Positions 8,919-19,384 of a DNA stretch of 64,000 nt are shown here, one piece after another. The DNA comes from Spirochaetia bacterium (GTDB lineage Bacteria > Spirochaetota > Spirochaetia > UBA9216), in contig CAXXYH010000004.1 of assembly GCA_963677925.2 (NCBI GenBank), positions 1,824,001 to 1,888,000 of the forward strand, in the 5' to 3' direction. The notes under the pieces were generated by a model. That model was not told the origin of the DNA, searched no databases, and worked only from the letters and a program-made list of their open reading frames with translations. A program made the position numbers and the translations under genes. How positions within the stretch are numbered: the first letter of the stretch is position 1; each line of letters opens with the position of its first letter.

Positions 8919-11900
8919 ATGTTATTCTCAATCGGTAACATAATCACAATACTTATAGTATTGACTATACTTGCGCTTTACAGGCAATTCGACAGAAATA
9001 ACAGATCTCTTGACAAGATAAGAAGATATGCTGAAAAGGTAACTTCAGATCTCGATTCCTTTGTGGATTCAAAGACTCAGGATATGAAAAACCTTGCAAT
9101 AGAGATAGATGTTCATCAGAAGGCTGGAAAGGAAGTGCTGAAGCGGATCACTGCTGTTGAAGACGGTTTCAGTGATAAAGCCCGTACAATCGACGAAATA
9201 AACAACAGAATTAATGAATACGACAAGGTTCTTAACCAGCTGATCGGAATGACCGGAAAGGTTGATGAAAACCTGCAGCGGCTTCATCAGGAATCTGAAT
9301 TTGTTGATAAGGTTGGAAAAAGGCTGAAAGATGCCCAGATCAGGGTCAGTCAGCTTGAAAAAAATATTCCGGAACTAAACAGTAAATTCGCTGTGGAAAA
9401 TGAAAAATCTCTTGAGCAGCTCCGCATTGAAGTAATGTCAGGAGTTGAACGTCAGATTTCAGCAATAATGGATAATGTTGAACGCAGCTCGGACCGTGTT
9501 GATGAGTTCAGCTCTTATATGACTGATCTTGAAAACCGCAGGGATAATGCCGCCGACGAGGTGATGAGTCAGGTTAATATGAAGCTTGACAAAGTGCTAT
9601 CCGACACCGATGAACAGGCTAAGACCATCATGCATGATTTTTCTTCTGCTCTTGAAGGGTATATTGAATCGGCAGATAAAAAGAAAAGTGATATCAATCA
9701 TCAGCTGGAAGCTTCAGAGCAGAAATTCAGAACTCATATCGACCAGATTGGGGAACTGCTGAATAATAAACTTGTTGATTTTAAGGATAATGTTAATTCT
9801 CTTGAAGAAGAGTACCAGAAAAACCTCAAGGACGCTGCGGAGAAGGCCAAGAAGCTCGAGGATGATGTATTTATCAGTCTTAAATCCTACATCGATTCAA
9901 AGGCCAATGATGCAAGAAAGGATATTACTGCCTCTCTTGAGTCTATTAAAAAAGAAACTGTTGTATATAAGAATCATATTGAGTCTTCATTCGGAGAAGG
10001 GCAGTCTCAGATTGCAGTATGGAAGGCTAAACTTAAGAAAGAATTTGATGATAGTGCAGAGGCGGCGTCACAGCAGTTTAATTCATTTAAAACTGCTATT
10101 GAAGCTCAGATCCAGGAGCTTCTTGCCAAAGATCAGGATATGTCTGATGAAGTCAATTCCCGCTATGAGAAAATGGCTCAGGGGATTGAAAATACAGCAG
10201 CTTCCTACAGGCAGTCGCTTGATAGCAGGCTGGAAGAGGTCAGAACCGGTTTTCTCGCATCAGTTGATGACAGCAGTGCAGAATTGAATCGTAAATTCAA
10301 CGGCAGAATGGATGAACTTATCTCTCTCGTAGGAGAAAAGGAAAAGCAGCTTACTGATTTTGAGGAATCTCTTGCTTATAAACTTTCCAGGATAGAGGAT
10401 GTAACATCTGATATCGATACACTTGAACAGAACCTCAAGCTGATGGTTGATAAATCTGTGGATGCGGTAAATGAGAACTTTACCGGCATACAGCAGCAGA
10501 TGGAGTCTTTCTGGAGCGGCAGCGAGCGTGAAATTAAGGATCAGGTTGCTCAGACCAGAGAAGTAATAAATGCACTTGAACAGGAAATAAACGAGCTTAA
10601 GACCCGTGCCTACGACAATGTTTCCGCCGGTCTGCGTGAATTTGAAGACGGCTTTTTTGATGATCTCCGTCAGCGAAGCAGCCAGATGACCACTCAGTTT
10701 ACCGAATGGCAGGAGTCTATCAACGAAAAACTCAAAACTCTGGCACAGGAACATTCTGAGGCACGCTCATCCATGGAAGCTGAGTATATCGAAGAGCTTG
10801 CTGCAGGAGTAGCCGGTCTTCGTGAGAGTACTGCTGAGCGGTTCCGGGGCTATGAGCATCAGCTTTCAGAATACGCTGATACTATCAGTGCAAAGATGGG
10901 ATCTGTGGACGAGCTTGTTGAGCGCTCAAAAGCTGACATCCAGAATCAGATGGAAAGCGGCCGACGAGACTCTGAAGCCCTTATTGCGGCCGAGATGGAC
11001 AAGGTTCGCGACTCACTTAATGAAGGCATGAACCGTGTAAGACGGGAGGCAGAAGAAAGCCTGAGCGGAGTTGAAGCAGCAATGGCTGCAGAGACTGAAA
11101 AACTCAGTGAGTCTGTTGAAGCCCGGAAGGCAGAACTTGAGTTGTGGCAGTCAAGACTGCTGCGGCAGATTCAGGATATAGAGAATGGTATTCTCGAGCA
11201 GTATGCCGGTATGCGTTCTGAATCATCTGAGCGGATCTCTGAAATCCGAGAGGCTCTTTCGACTCAAAGAGATGAGTTTGATAATGTTTCAGCGGACATT
11301 CAGAAACGCAGCCGTGATTTCCAGAATGAGCTTGAACAGCAGATGAGAACTTTTGAGGAAAGATCTTCTGAAATAAGTGAGAATTTTACCCTTGCTACCA
11401 AGCGGATGTATGAAAAGATAGATGAGCAGACAAGAGAACTGTCCTTCACTGTGGCCGAAATTGATAAACAGCAGAAAAGCTTTATTGCGCAGACAAAAAT
11501 ATTTGAGCGTGCTGATTCGATGAAGGAATCGCTGGAAGGCGGCATTGATGCTCTGAAGGATGAAATCCTCCGTGTAACAAACCAGGCTCAGGAAATAAGG
11601 GAAGCTGAGAAGAAATTTGCACTTATTAAAAAGCAGGCTGATGATATTTCGGCTAAAATGGCCAAATTTGCTGCTGATAAGCGTAAAATTGAGGAACTGG
11701 ATGAAGATTTTACAAAACTCCTTTCAATTAGTCAGTCGGTTGACTCAAAACTTGCACAGGTTACTACTGCCGATGATTCGCTTCAGCTTATTCAGGCTAA
11801 ACTGAAGGATCTTGACGGTCTGCAGTCAGAAGTTGAGGGCCGTTATGAGCGGCTTAAAAAGAAGGAATCTATCGTTGATTCAACTATCGACGGTGTTGAC

Positions 11901-12368
11901 AGAAGTTTCAAGCAGCTTAATGAGCTGGACCATCTTATAAGTGTTATTCAGGAAAAGAGTTCGCCTATGTCGTCAAGACTGGATGAACTTACCCGACGGA
12001 TTGATTTTCTTTCAAAGAACAAGAAGCAGATTGATACTGCCATAGAGCAGATTGAAGGTATAGATACTGTTATTTCCGATCTTGAAGACAGAATGGACCG
12101 CATGCAGAAGGCTAGAGAATGGCTTGCCGGAATCGAGACCAGGCTTGAGGATGTAAACAAGCAGGCTCAGGACCAGGTAAGGCTTCTGGGCACTCTTGTG
12201 AAAGATTCTGCTTCAAAAACACGCGGAGGAGGGGCTCCTCCCATGGAAATCAGGGATGTAGTTATAAAACTTGCGCATCAGGGCTGGACTGTAGAGCAGA
12301 TTGCACGTTCTACCAAGCTTGCCAGGGGAGAAGTTGAACTCATTCTTGAACTTCAGCCCAAAAAATAG
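8919..12368 (+). CDS. SpiroCoCo-type large coiled-coil protein with N-terminal TM helix and C-terminal HTH-like tail
   Basis: N-terminal TM then DRNNRSLDKIRRY; about 1050 aa of heptad-rich sequence; C-terminal GWTVEQIARSTKLARGEVELILEL. Confidence 0.8.
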   Translation: MLFSIGNIITILIVLTILALYRQFDRNNRSLDKIRRYAEKVTSDLDSFVDSKTQDMKNLAIEIDVHQKAGKEVLKRITAVEDGFSDKARTIDEINNRINEYDKVLNQLIGMTGKVDENLQRLHQESEFVDKVGKRLKDAQIRVSQLEKNIPELNSKFAVENEKSLEQLRIEVMSGVERQISAIMDNVERSSDRVDEFSSYMTDLENRRDNAADEVMSQVNMKLDKVLSDTDEQAKTIMHDFSSALEGYIESADKKKSDINHQLEASEQKFRTHIDQIGELLNNKLVDFKDNVNSLEEEYQKNLKDAAEKAKKLEDDVFISLKSYIDSKANDARKDITASLESIKKETVVYKNHIESSFGEGQSQIAVWKAKLKKEFDDSAEAASQQFNSFKTAIEAQIQELLAKDQDMSDEVNSRYEKMAQGIENTAASYRQSLDSRLEEVRTGFLASVDDSSAELNRKFNGRMDELISLVGEKEKQLTDFEESLAYKLSRIEDVTSDIDTLEQNLKLMVDKSVDAVNENFTGIQQQMESFWSGSEREIKDQVAQTREVINALEQEINELKTRAYDNVSAGLREFEDGFFDDLRQRSSQMTTQFTEWQESINEKLKTLAQEHSEARSSMEAEYIEELAAGVAGLRESTAERFRGYEHQLSEYADTISAKMGSVDELVERSKADIQNQMESGRRDSEALIAAEMDKVRDSLNEGMNRVRREAEESLSGVEAAMAAETEKLSESVEARKAELELWQSRLLRQIQDIENGILEQYAGMRSESSERISEIREALSTQRDEFDNVSADIQKRSRDFQNELEQQMRTFEERSSEISENFTLATKRMYEKIDEQTRELSFTVAEIDKQQKSFIAQTKIFERADSMKESLEGGIDALKDEILRVTNQAQEIREAEKKFALIKKQADDISAKMAKFAADKRKIEELDEDFTKLLSISQSVDSKLAQVTTADDSLQLIQAKLKDLDGLQSEVEGRYERLKKKESIVDSTIDGVDRSFKQLNELDHLISVIQEKSSPMSSRLDELTRRIDFLSKNKKQIDTAIEQIEGIDTVISDLEDRMDRMQKAREWLAGIETRLEDVNKQAQDQVRLLGTLVKDSASKTRGGGAPPMEIRDVVIKLAHQGWTVEQIARSTKLARGEVELILELQPKK

Positions 12369-12397
12369 TTGACGCCTACATTCGGTATTATTATTTT
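12369..12397 (+). promoter_or_regulatory. sigma70-type promoter of grpE-dnaK-dnaJ
   Basis: TTGACG-17 nt-TATTTT. Confidence 0.55.
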
Positions 12398-12479
12398 ATA
12401 GACAAGGATTTGCTAATTTAATGAGAATCTCTATCAGAAACTGACAGGGGTTCTCTATATGTACGGTTAGAGGATATAT

Positions 12480-13142
12480 ATGGCGGAAAAGAGTGAACAG
12501 GCAGAGGCTGAGAAAGAGGTAAAGGAAGAAACTACTGCAGCCGATGCGGATGTGACTACGGCCGGTACAGAGGGACCGGAATCAGCATCAGAAGAAGTAA
12601 AGTCTGGTGATGATAAGAAAAGCGCTTCTAAATCAAAAAAGAAGCATGATAAGGAATTAGAAGAGCTGAAAGCGGCTAATGAGAAGCTGGATGCCGACCT
12701 TGCGGAGTTAAAAGACCAGTATCTGCGAAAGCAGGCTGATTTTGATAATTTTCGCAAAAGAATGATCCGTGATAAGGAAGATTCGATTCGTTATGCCAAT
12801 TCACAGCTGCTGATGGATCTCATCTCGGTTATTGATGATTTTGAAAGGGCTTTGCAGTCCGGGAAAGAATCTGAAGATTTTGAAAAACTGTACAGCGGTA
12901 TTGAAATCATTGAAAAACAGATGGTCGGAATGCTCGAATCGAACTGGGGCCTGAAACGCTTCGACAGTGCCGGTGAGGAGTTTAATCCTGAAAGGCATGA
13001 GGCCCTTATGATGGAAGAGAACGGTGATTATGATACTCAGACTGTTCTTGAAGACTATATGAAAGGATACACCCTTCATGACCGTGTTGTACGGCATGCT
13101 AAGGTTAAGGTTAGTAAACCTGTTGAAAAACAAACTGAATAA
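12480..13142 (+). CDS. grpE: Nucleotide exchange factor GrpE
   Basis: ADFDNFRKR, FNPERHEA, KGYTLHDRVVRHAKV; precedes dnaK. Confidence 0.97.
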   Translation: MAEKSEQAEAEKEVKEETTAADADVTTAGTEGPESASEEVKSGDDKKSASKSKKKHDKELEELKAANEKLDADLAELKDQYLRKQADFDNFRKRMIRDKEDSIRYANSQLLMDLISVIDDFERALQSGKESEDFEKLYSGIEIIEKQMVGMLESNWGLKRFDSAGEEFNPERHEALMMEENGDYDTQTVLEDYMKGYTLHDRVVRHAKVKVSKPVEKQTE

Positions 13143-13170
13143 GAAAAGCACCTAAAAAGGAGATAATAAT

Positions 13171-15105
13171 ATGGGAAGAATAATCGGAATAGACCTTGGA
13201 ACAACCAATTCATGTGTTGCAGTAATGGAAGGCGGTGAGCCTGTAGTAATTCAGAACTCAGAAGGTCAGAGGACAACCCCCTCAATTGTAGCTTTCACCG
13301 ATAAGGAAGAAAGACTTGTTGGTCAGCCGGCGAAAAACCAGATGGTTACAAACCCTGAAAATACTATTTACTCTATTAAGCGGTTTATGGGAAGAAAATA
13401 TTCAGAGGTTCCTTCTGAAGTTAAAATGATTCCATATAATCTCGTCGAGGGATCAAGCGGCGAGATTCGTGTTGACTCAAGAGGTAAACATTATTCACCG
13501 CCGGAGATTTCTGCTGCAATTCTTCAGAAGATGAAGAAAACAGCTGAAGACTACCTTGGTGAAACTGTAAGTGAAGCTGTTATCACTGTTCCTGCATATT
13601 TCAATGATGCACAGAGACAGGCTACAAAGGATGCCGGTAAAATTGCAGGCCTTGAGGTTAAGAGAATCGTTAACGAGCCTACTGCTGCTTCACTTGCATA
13701 TGGTCTTGGACGTGAAACCAAAGATGAAAAAATAGCTGTATACGACCTTGGCGGCGGTACTTTTGATATTTCAATTCTTGAACTTGGTGACGGTGTTTTT
13801 GAAGTTAAATCAACCAATGGTGATACACATCTCGGAGGTGATAACTTCGACCAGGCAGTTATTGACTGGCTGATTGATTCTTTCAAAAAAGATCAGTCAA
13901 TTGACCTTTCAAAGGATAAAATGGCTCTTCAGAGACTTAAAGAGGCTGCTGAAAAGGCTAAAATTGAGCTTTCTTCAAGACAGAGTACAGATATCAACCT
14001 TCCGTTCATTACAGCGGATGCATCAGGACCCAAACATCTTCAGTACAATCTGTCCAGAGCACAGTTTGATCAGATGACTTTATCACTTGTTGAAAGAACA
14101 AAGCAGCCATGTATCAATGCAATCAAGGATGCAGGACTTTCAGCATCTGAAGTTGATGAAGTTATCCTTGTAGGCGGTTCTACACGTATCCCTGCAGTTC
14201 AGGAAATGGTTAAACAGATTTTCGGGAAAGAACCTAACAGGGGAGTTAATCCTGATGAAGTTGTAGCAATGGGTGCTGCAATTCAGGGCGGTATTCTCGG
14301 CGGTGATGTTAAAGATGTTCTTCTTCTTGATGTTACCCCGCTTTCACTTGGTATTGAAACTCTTGGCGGAGTCTCAACAAAGCTCATTGAAAGAAATACT
14401 ACTATTCCTACTAGAAAGAGCCAGATTTTCTCAACAGCCGCAGATAATCAGACTGCAGTATCAATACATGTACTTCAGGGTGAGCGTGAAATGGCTGCGC
14501 AGAACAGAACTCTCGGCAAGTTTGACCTGGTAGGTATTCCATCAGCTCCAAGAGGTGTTCCTCAGATTGAAGTTGCTTTTGATATTGACGCTAACGGTAT
14601 TGTACACGTATCTGCAAAGGATCTTGGAACCGGTAAAGAGCAGAAGATTAGAATTGAATCTTCATCAGGACTCTCAGAGGCTGAAATTGAGAAAATGGTT
14701 AAGGATGCTGAGCTGAATGCGGAAGCGGACAGAAAAGAGAAAGAAAAAGCTGAAGTCAAAAATGAAGCTGAGACACTCGTTTATTCAACAGAGAAATCAT
14801 TGAAGGATTACGGTGACAAGGTAACAGATGAGGATAAAGCTAATATTGAAAAATCTCTTGAAGATCTTAAAGCAGCTCTTTCATCCGGTGATGTTGAGCA
14901 GATGAAAGAAAAGGTTGAAGCCCTTAAAACTGCATCACATAAACTTGCTGAAGAGATTTATAAGGCTGCAGGTGCTCAGGCCCAGCAGGGTGAGGCTGCC
15001 CCGGGCGCAGAAGCAGGTGCTCAGCCGGAGCAGGAAGAGGCTCCCAAGAGCGGCAGTGTAGATGATGTAGATTTTGAAGTTGTAGATGATGAGGATAACA
15101 AATAA
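13171..15105 (+). CDS. dnaK: Chaperone DnaK (Hsp70)
   Basis: [25 protein letters not shown]. Confidence 0.99.
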   Translation: MGRIIGIDLGTTNSCVAVMEGGEPVVIQNSEGQRTTPSIVAFTDKEERLVGQPAKNQMVTNPENTIYSIKRFMGRKYSEVPSEVKMIPYNLVEGSSGEIRVDSRGKHYSPPEISAAILQKMKKTAEDYLGETVSEAVITVPAYFNDAQRQATKDAGKIAGLEVKRIVNEPTAASLAYGLGRETKDEKIAVYDLGGGTFDISILELGDGVFEVKSTNGDTHLGGDNFDQAVIDWLIDSFKKDQSIDLSKDKMALQRLKEAAEKAKIELSSRQSTDINLPFITADASGPKHLQYNLSRAQFDQMTLSLVERTKQPCINAIKDAGLSASEVDEVILVGGSTRIPAVQEMVKQIFGKEPNRGVNPDEVVAMGAAIQGGILGGDVKDVLLLDVTPLSLGIETLGGVSTKLIERNTTIPTRKSQIFSTAADNQTAVSIHVLQGEREMAAQNRTLGKFDLVGIPSAPRGVPQIEVAFDIDANGIVHVSAKDLGTGKEQKIRIESSSGLSEAEIEKMVKDAELNAEADRKEKEKAEVKNEAETLVYSTEKSLKDYGDKVTDEDKANIEKSLEDLKAALSSGDVEQMKEKVEALKTASHKLAEEIYKAAGAQAQQGEAAPGAEAGAQPEQEEAPKSGSVDDVDFEVVDDEDNK

Positions 15106-15139
15106 AAATTTTACTTCAGAAACTATATATTCAAATATC

Positions 15140-15173
15140 AAGCGCAAACCCCGTTTCGGGGATTTGCGCTTTA
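15140..15173 (+). terminator. Stem-loop between dnaK and dnaJ (partial terminator or mRNA stabiliser)
   Basis: AAGCGCAAACCCCG-TTTC-GGGGATTTGCGCTT with a short T run. Confidence 0.6.
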
Positions 15174-15219
15174 CTGCAATATGAGCTAGAACAATCAGCA
15201 TCAGTACAGGGTTAGTAAT

Positions 15220-16344
15220 TTGGCAAAGAGAGATTATTATGAGGTTCTTGGAGTAGACAAGAGCTCAAGTAAAGATGAAATTAAAAAGGCATACAGAAAG
15301 CTTGCAATACAGTTTCATCCTGATAAAAATGCAGGAAATGCAGAAGCTGAGGAGAAATTCAAGGAAGCAACCGAAGCCTATGAAGTTCTGAGTGATGACA
15401 AGAAAAAGGCAGCTTATGACCAGTTCGGGTTTGCCGGTGTTGACGGAGTTAACAGTCCCGGAGGCGGTCATGACTACTCCACAGTTTTCCATGATTTTGA
15501 AGATATTTTCGGCGGAATGGGAGGTATCTTTGATTCCTTCTTCGGCGGAGGCGGCAGAAGCCGCAGCGGTGGAGGCGGTGTGCCCAGGGGATCAGATCTC
15601 AGGTATAATCTCGAAATATCTTTCAAGGATGCTGTGTTCGGTACAAATGTTGAAATCAGTTATACAAGGGATGTTGCCTGTAAGACCTGCAGCGGTTCAG
15701 GTGCGGCAGCAGGAACCGGCAGAAAAGTATGTCCAACCTGCGGCGGAACCGGTCAGGTTCGGCGAAACTCCGGTTTCTTTTCTATCGCTTCTCCATGTCA
15801 CACATGCGGCGGTGAAGGACATATTATCGAAAATCCCTGTACTGCATGTCACGGCAGCGGTCTTTCCAGAAAGACTCAGAAGATAAAGGTTACCATACCG
15901 GCTGGAATCGAAAACGGAAAACGGATATCAATTCCGGGGCAGGGTGATGCTGCTCCTAATGGCGGAAGAACAGGTGACCTCTATGTTTATATAAAGATCA
16001 AGCCTCATAAGTACTTTGAGAGGGATGCAAACAACGTTTACTGTGCACTCCCGATTACATTTACTCAGGCAGCTCTTGGCGCTGAAGTTTTTGTTAAAAA
16101 TCTCGAAGAAAAGAGGATTAAACTGAAAATCCCTGCAGGAACACAGACAGGAAAAATGCTCAGGCTTAAGAATGAAGGTATACCATACGTTCAGAATAAA
16201 AGCAGGAAGGGTGATATGTATATAAAAATAATTGTACAAACCCCTGCCAAGCTTAGTTCCCAGGCAAAGGATATTCTTAAACAGTTTGCGTCTGTCCAGG
16301 GCGAAGATTCTAGTCCGGAACCGATAGCTCTCTCAGATTTATAA
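15220..16344 (+). CDS. dnaJ: Chaperone DnaJ
   Basis: J domain with HPD, G/F region, four CxxCxGxG repeats; TTG start. Confidence 0.98.
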   Translation: MAKRDYYEVLGVDKSSSKDEIKKAYRKLAIQFHPDKNAGNAEAEEKFKEATEAYEVLSDDKKKAAYDQFGFAGVDGVNSPGGGHDYSTVFHDFEDIFGGMGGIFDSFFGGGGRSRSGGGGVPRGSDLRYNLEISFKDAVFGTNVEISYTRDVACKTCSGSGAAAGTGRKVCPTCGGTGQVRRNSGFFSIASPCHTCGGEGHIIENPCTACHGSGLSRKTQKIKVTIPAGIENGKRISIPGQGDAAPNGGRTGDLYVYIKIKPHKYFERDANNVYCALPITFTQAALGAEVFVKNLEEKRIKLKIPAGTQTGKMLRLKNEGIPYVQNKSRKGDMYIKIIVQTPAKLSSQAKDILKQFASVQGEDSSPEPIALSDL

Positions 16345-16390
16345 GACAATCAAAGTAACGATAATAAGCCGAAAAGCCGATAATTGTAGG

Positions 16391-16813
16391 ATGAAAACAA
16401 TTTCTTTTCTTACTGCAGTTATGCTGCTTTTTTCGGCGTTCAGCGGCTTCGCCTCGGTCATGGAAGATGACCTTAATAATGACGGTATCACGGATAAGTG
16501 GGTTGAAAGCGAGTCCGGACTGATATCATCAGTTAAGATCGATAGGGACTATAACGGACTTGTAGATTATATGGTCAGCTACGATGAAAATCAGAAGAAG
16601 ATTTATGAAGAAATGGATTTTAATTCTGATGGTGAAATGGATGATTTCTACTATTACAGTGGCGGCAAAATGACCCGAAGAGAAATAGATTCAAACTATG
16701 ACGGAAAAGTCGATATCTGGGTATTTCTTGATGGTATTTATATCCAGCGGTATGAAAAAGATACTGACTTTGATGGTGTAGTTGATGTAAAGAAAGACTT
16801 CGTAGAGGAATAG
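16391..16813 (+). CDS. Secreted acidic protein with five Dx[DN]xDG-type repeats
   Basis: Signal peptide; DLNNDG, DRDYNG, DFNSDG, DSNYDG, DTDFDG spaced about 22-24 aa apart. Confidence 0.75.
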   Translation: MKTISFLTAVMLLFSAFSGFASVMEDDLNNDGITDKWVESESGLISSVKIDRDYNGLVDYMVSYDENQKKIYEEMDFNSDGEMDDFYYYSGGKMTRREIDSNYDGKVDIWVFLDGIYIQRYEKDTDFDGVVDVKKDFVEE

Positions 16814-16815
16814 GA

Positions 16816-17589
16816 TTGGAAAGAGTTATTACAGGCCTGCATGGAATAGAGGAAGCGCTCAGGGCAGGGAAAAACAAAGGTGTCCTCTATGTTTCAAGAA
16901 AAAACAGCCGAATAAATTCTATTATACACAATGCGGGAAGCAGGATAAGAGTTGAAAACCTTTCTCCATCTGATATGAACAGGCGTTTTGGTGAAGATAA
17001 CAGAGGGGTCGTACTTGAACTTTACACCTCTGCCGGTGAAACTGCTTCATTTGGAAAGGGCCGTTCAGAGGGTAAGTCCGGCAGGCATGGTGGAGTTGAG
17101 CAGCCTTTTGAAGATGTAATTGACCATATTGCATCAGATAATGCACTTGTTGTTATTCTTGACGGAATTACGGATCCTCATAATTATGGTGCAATTCTCA
17201 GAAGCTCCGATCAGTTCAGCGTCGATCTTGTAGTTATTCCATCCAGACGCTCAGTTTCAGAAACAGATACCGTCGCAAAAACTTCTGCCGGGGCGGTTAA
17301 TTATGTTCCGGTAAGTGTAGTTACAAATCTTTCACGTTCAATAGATTATCTTAAAGAGCATGGATTCTGGGTTTACGGCGCGGATATGGCTACTCAGAGC
17401 ATAGATAAGACTGATTTTAAAGGCAAAGTTGCTATAGTTATGGGCAGTGAAGGCAAGGGGATATCACGGCTCTGTGCTGATAAATGTGATGCTCTTGTAA
17501 GTATTCCAGCCTCAGGAAAAATTGATTCGCTGAATGTTTCGGTGGCGGCTGGAATTATCATGTACGAGGTCAGAAGGCAGCAGGCTTAA
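16816..17589 (+). CDS. rlmB: 23S rRNA Gm2251 2'-O-methyltransferase (SpoU family)
   Basis: ITDPHNYGAILRS, GSEGKG, SLNVSVA. Confidence 0.93.
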   Translation: MERVITGLHGIEEALRAGKNKGVLYVSRKNSRINSIIHNAGSRIRVENLSPSDMNRRFGEDNRGVVLELYTSAGETASFGKGRSEGKSGRHGGVEQPFEDVIDHIASDNALVVILDGITDPHNYGAILRSSDQFSVDLVVIPSRRSVSETDTVAKTSAGAVNYVPVSVVTNLSRSIDYLKEHGFWVYGADMATQSIDKTDFKGKVAIVMGSEGKGISRLCADKCDALVSIPASGKIDSLNVSVAAGIIMYEVRRQQA

Positions 17590-17607
17590 CCTTCGATTTT
17601 TTACTGT

Positions 17608-17643
17608 AAAAAAGGCTGACGCGAAATAATCCGCAGTCAGCCT
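17608..17643 (-). terminator. Intrinsic terminator between convergent rlmB and purE
   Basis: AGGCTGAC...GTCAGCCT hairpin with an A run on the left, giving a U tract on the minus strand. Confidence 0.7.
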
Positions 17644-17665
17644 GTAATATCAATATAAATAATAA

Positions 17666-18064
17666 TCAGCAGTTAATCATTCTCTCTGCCAGATGCACAG
17701 AGTTGAGTACTCCCTGTTTGCCGATTCCCATTGTTGCGCAAGGAATTCCCTTGGGCAGCTGGAGTATGGAAAGGAGGGCATCAATACCTGACAGCTCTCC
17801 TGAAACTAGAGGGATACCGATTACCGGCTTTTTTACCATCGCTGCAACAACTCCGGGAAGTGCAGCTGATAGACCGGCCGCAGTTATAATTACCCTGTAA
17901 TTTCCTTCTTCTTTTTCGAGAAATGCTGTGAGTTCAGGAAGGTTCCTGTGGGCAGAATAAACAACTAAATCATAGCTGAGGCCCTTTTCTGCTGCAAGTG
18001 CAGTTCCGTGCTCAATCTGTGATTTATCAGATTCTGAACCTATAATGAATAAAAGATCTTTCAT
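17666..18064 (-). CDS. purE: PurE (AIR carboxylase / N5-CAIR mutase)
   Basis: GSESD, SAHR, LPGVVAA, PVIGIP, PKGIPCAT. Confidence 0.92.
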   Translation of the reverse strand: MKDLLFIIGSESDKSQIEHGTALAAEKGLSYDLVVYSAHRNLPELTAFLEKEEGNYRVIITAAGLSAALPGVVAAMVKKPVIGIPLVSGELSGIDALLSILQLPKGIPCATMGIGKQGVLNSVHLAERMINC

Positions 18065-18078
18065 TGCTAAACTCCTGA

Positions 18079-19338
18079 TTACTGATCGTTTGTGAAAAAT
18101 TTCTTGCCGATATCTTTCCGGTACCAGGAGCCTTCAAATGAAACACCCTTTACAGCCTCATATGCCCTGGCGTTAGCCTTTATAATGTTGCTGCTGATAC
18201 CAACACAGGTAAAGCATCTTCCGCCACCGGTTAGAACCTTGCCGTTATCGTCTTCTGTTGTTGAAGCATGGAAAACGAGCGCATCCTTTTCCGGATAGCT
18301 TGGGATAGGGTTCACTTGCTTTCCTTTTTCATAATCTCCGGGATAACCGCCGCTGGCGACTACAACCCCAAGTGCCGAGTTGTTTGAAATCCTGATATTA
18401 TATTCATCAAGCCAGCCGTTGAGAATGGCATCGGCAATATTTCCAAAATCAGAGTCGATAAGCGGCAGTAGAACCTGAGTTTCTGGATCTCCGAATCTAA
18501 CGTTATATTCAAGAAGCATTGGACCCTTTTCCGTTATCATAAGACCGAAGTAAAGAACACCCTTATAGCTTAATTTTTCCTTTTCCATTCCCTTGAAGGT
18601 TGGTATAACAATTTTTTCTTCAATATCTTTAAGCATTGAAGAGTTAATGATTGGTACTGGACATATTGCACCCATACCGCCTGTATTGGGGCCTGTATCA
18701 TTATTACCGGCACGCTTGAAGTCGGCGCAGACAGGAAGAAGTTTGTAATTTTTACCGTCAGTCAGGGCAAAGATTGAGACCTCATAACCTTCAAGGCATT
18801 CCTCTACAAGGAGGATATCTCCTACAAGAACATCTTTACCGAAGGCAATCAGTTCATCATGATCTGCTGAAACTAAAACACCCTTTCCGGCAGCAAGACC
18901 GTCTTTTTTGATTACTGCAGGCCCCTTGAGTGATTTGATATACTTTTCGAATTTATCGCTGTTGCTGAATGATTTTGCATCTGCAGTAGGGATCTTGTTG
19001 GATTTCATAAAATCCTTTGAAAAAATCTTGCTTGATTCAAGCTTTGAGGCTGCTTTATGAGGGCCAATGGCAGGTATACCTGCTTTTTCAAGTTCATCTA
19101 CAATGCCGGCAGCCAGAGGGGCTTCCGGTCCTACAAATACATGTGATATATCATTTTCACGGCAGGCCTGTATTACAGATTCCGCATTTTCCGGGTCAAC
19201 ATCCGGAAGATTCATTCCAAGTTCATTAGTACCGGCGTTTCCCGGAGCTATGAATAGTCCGCAAATTCTCTTGCTATTGGAATATTTCCAGGTAATTGCG
19301 TGTTCTCTGGCTCCTGATCCAAGAATTAGAACTTTCAA
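18079..19338 (-). CDS. purD: Phosphoribosylamine-glycine ligase
   Basis: GSGAREHA, DGLAAGKGV, GPNTGGMG, RFGDPETQ. Confidence 0.97.
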   Translation of the reverse strand: MKVLILGSGAREHAITWKYSNSKRICGLFIAPGNAGTNELGMNLPDVDPENAESVIQACRENDISHVFVGPEAPLAAGIVDELEKAGIPAIGPHKAASKLESSKIFSKDFMKSNKIPTADAKSFSNSDKFEKYIKSLKGPAVIKKDGLAAGKGVLVSADHDELIAFGKDVLVGDILLVEECLEGYEVSIFALTDGKNYKLLPVCADFKRAGNNDTGPNTGGMGAICPVPIINSSMLKDIEEKIVIPTFKGMEKEKLSYKGVLYFGLMITEKGPMLLEYNVRFGDPETQVLLPLIDSDFGNIADAILNGWLDEYNIRISNNSALGVVVASGGYPGDYEKGKQVNPIPSYPEKDALVFHASTTEDDNGKVLTGGGRCFTCVGISSNIIKANARAYEAVKGVSFEGSWYRKDIGKKFFTNDQ

Positions 19339-19384
19339 AAAAAACCTCCTGTGGTGCGATCGATCCGATTTTAGTTATTTTGTT

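Noticed and set aside
12369-12479. CIRCE element
   Set aside because: No TTAGCACTC-N9-GAGTGCTAA; only a partial TGCTAA
16345-16390. sigma28 promoter (GCCGATAA)
   Set aside because: The -10 matches but there is no TAAA at the expected 15-nt spacing
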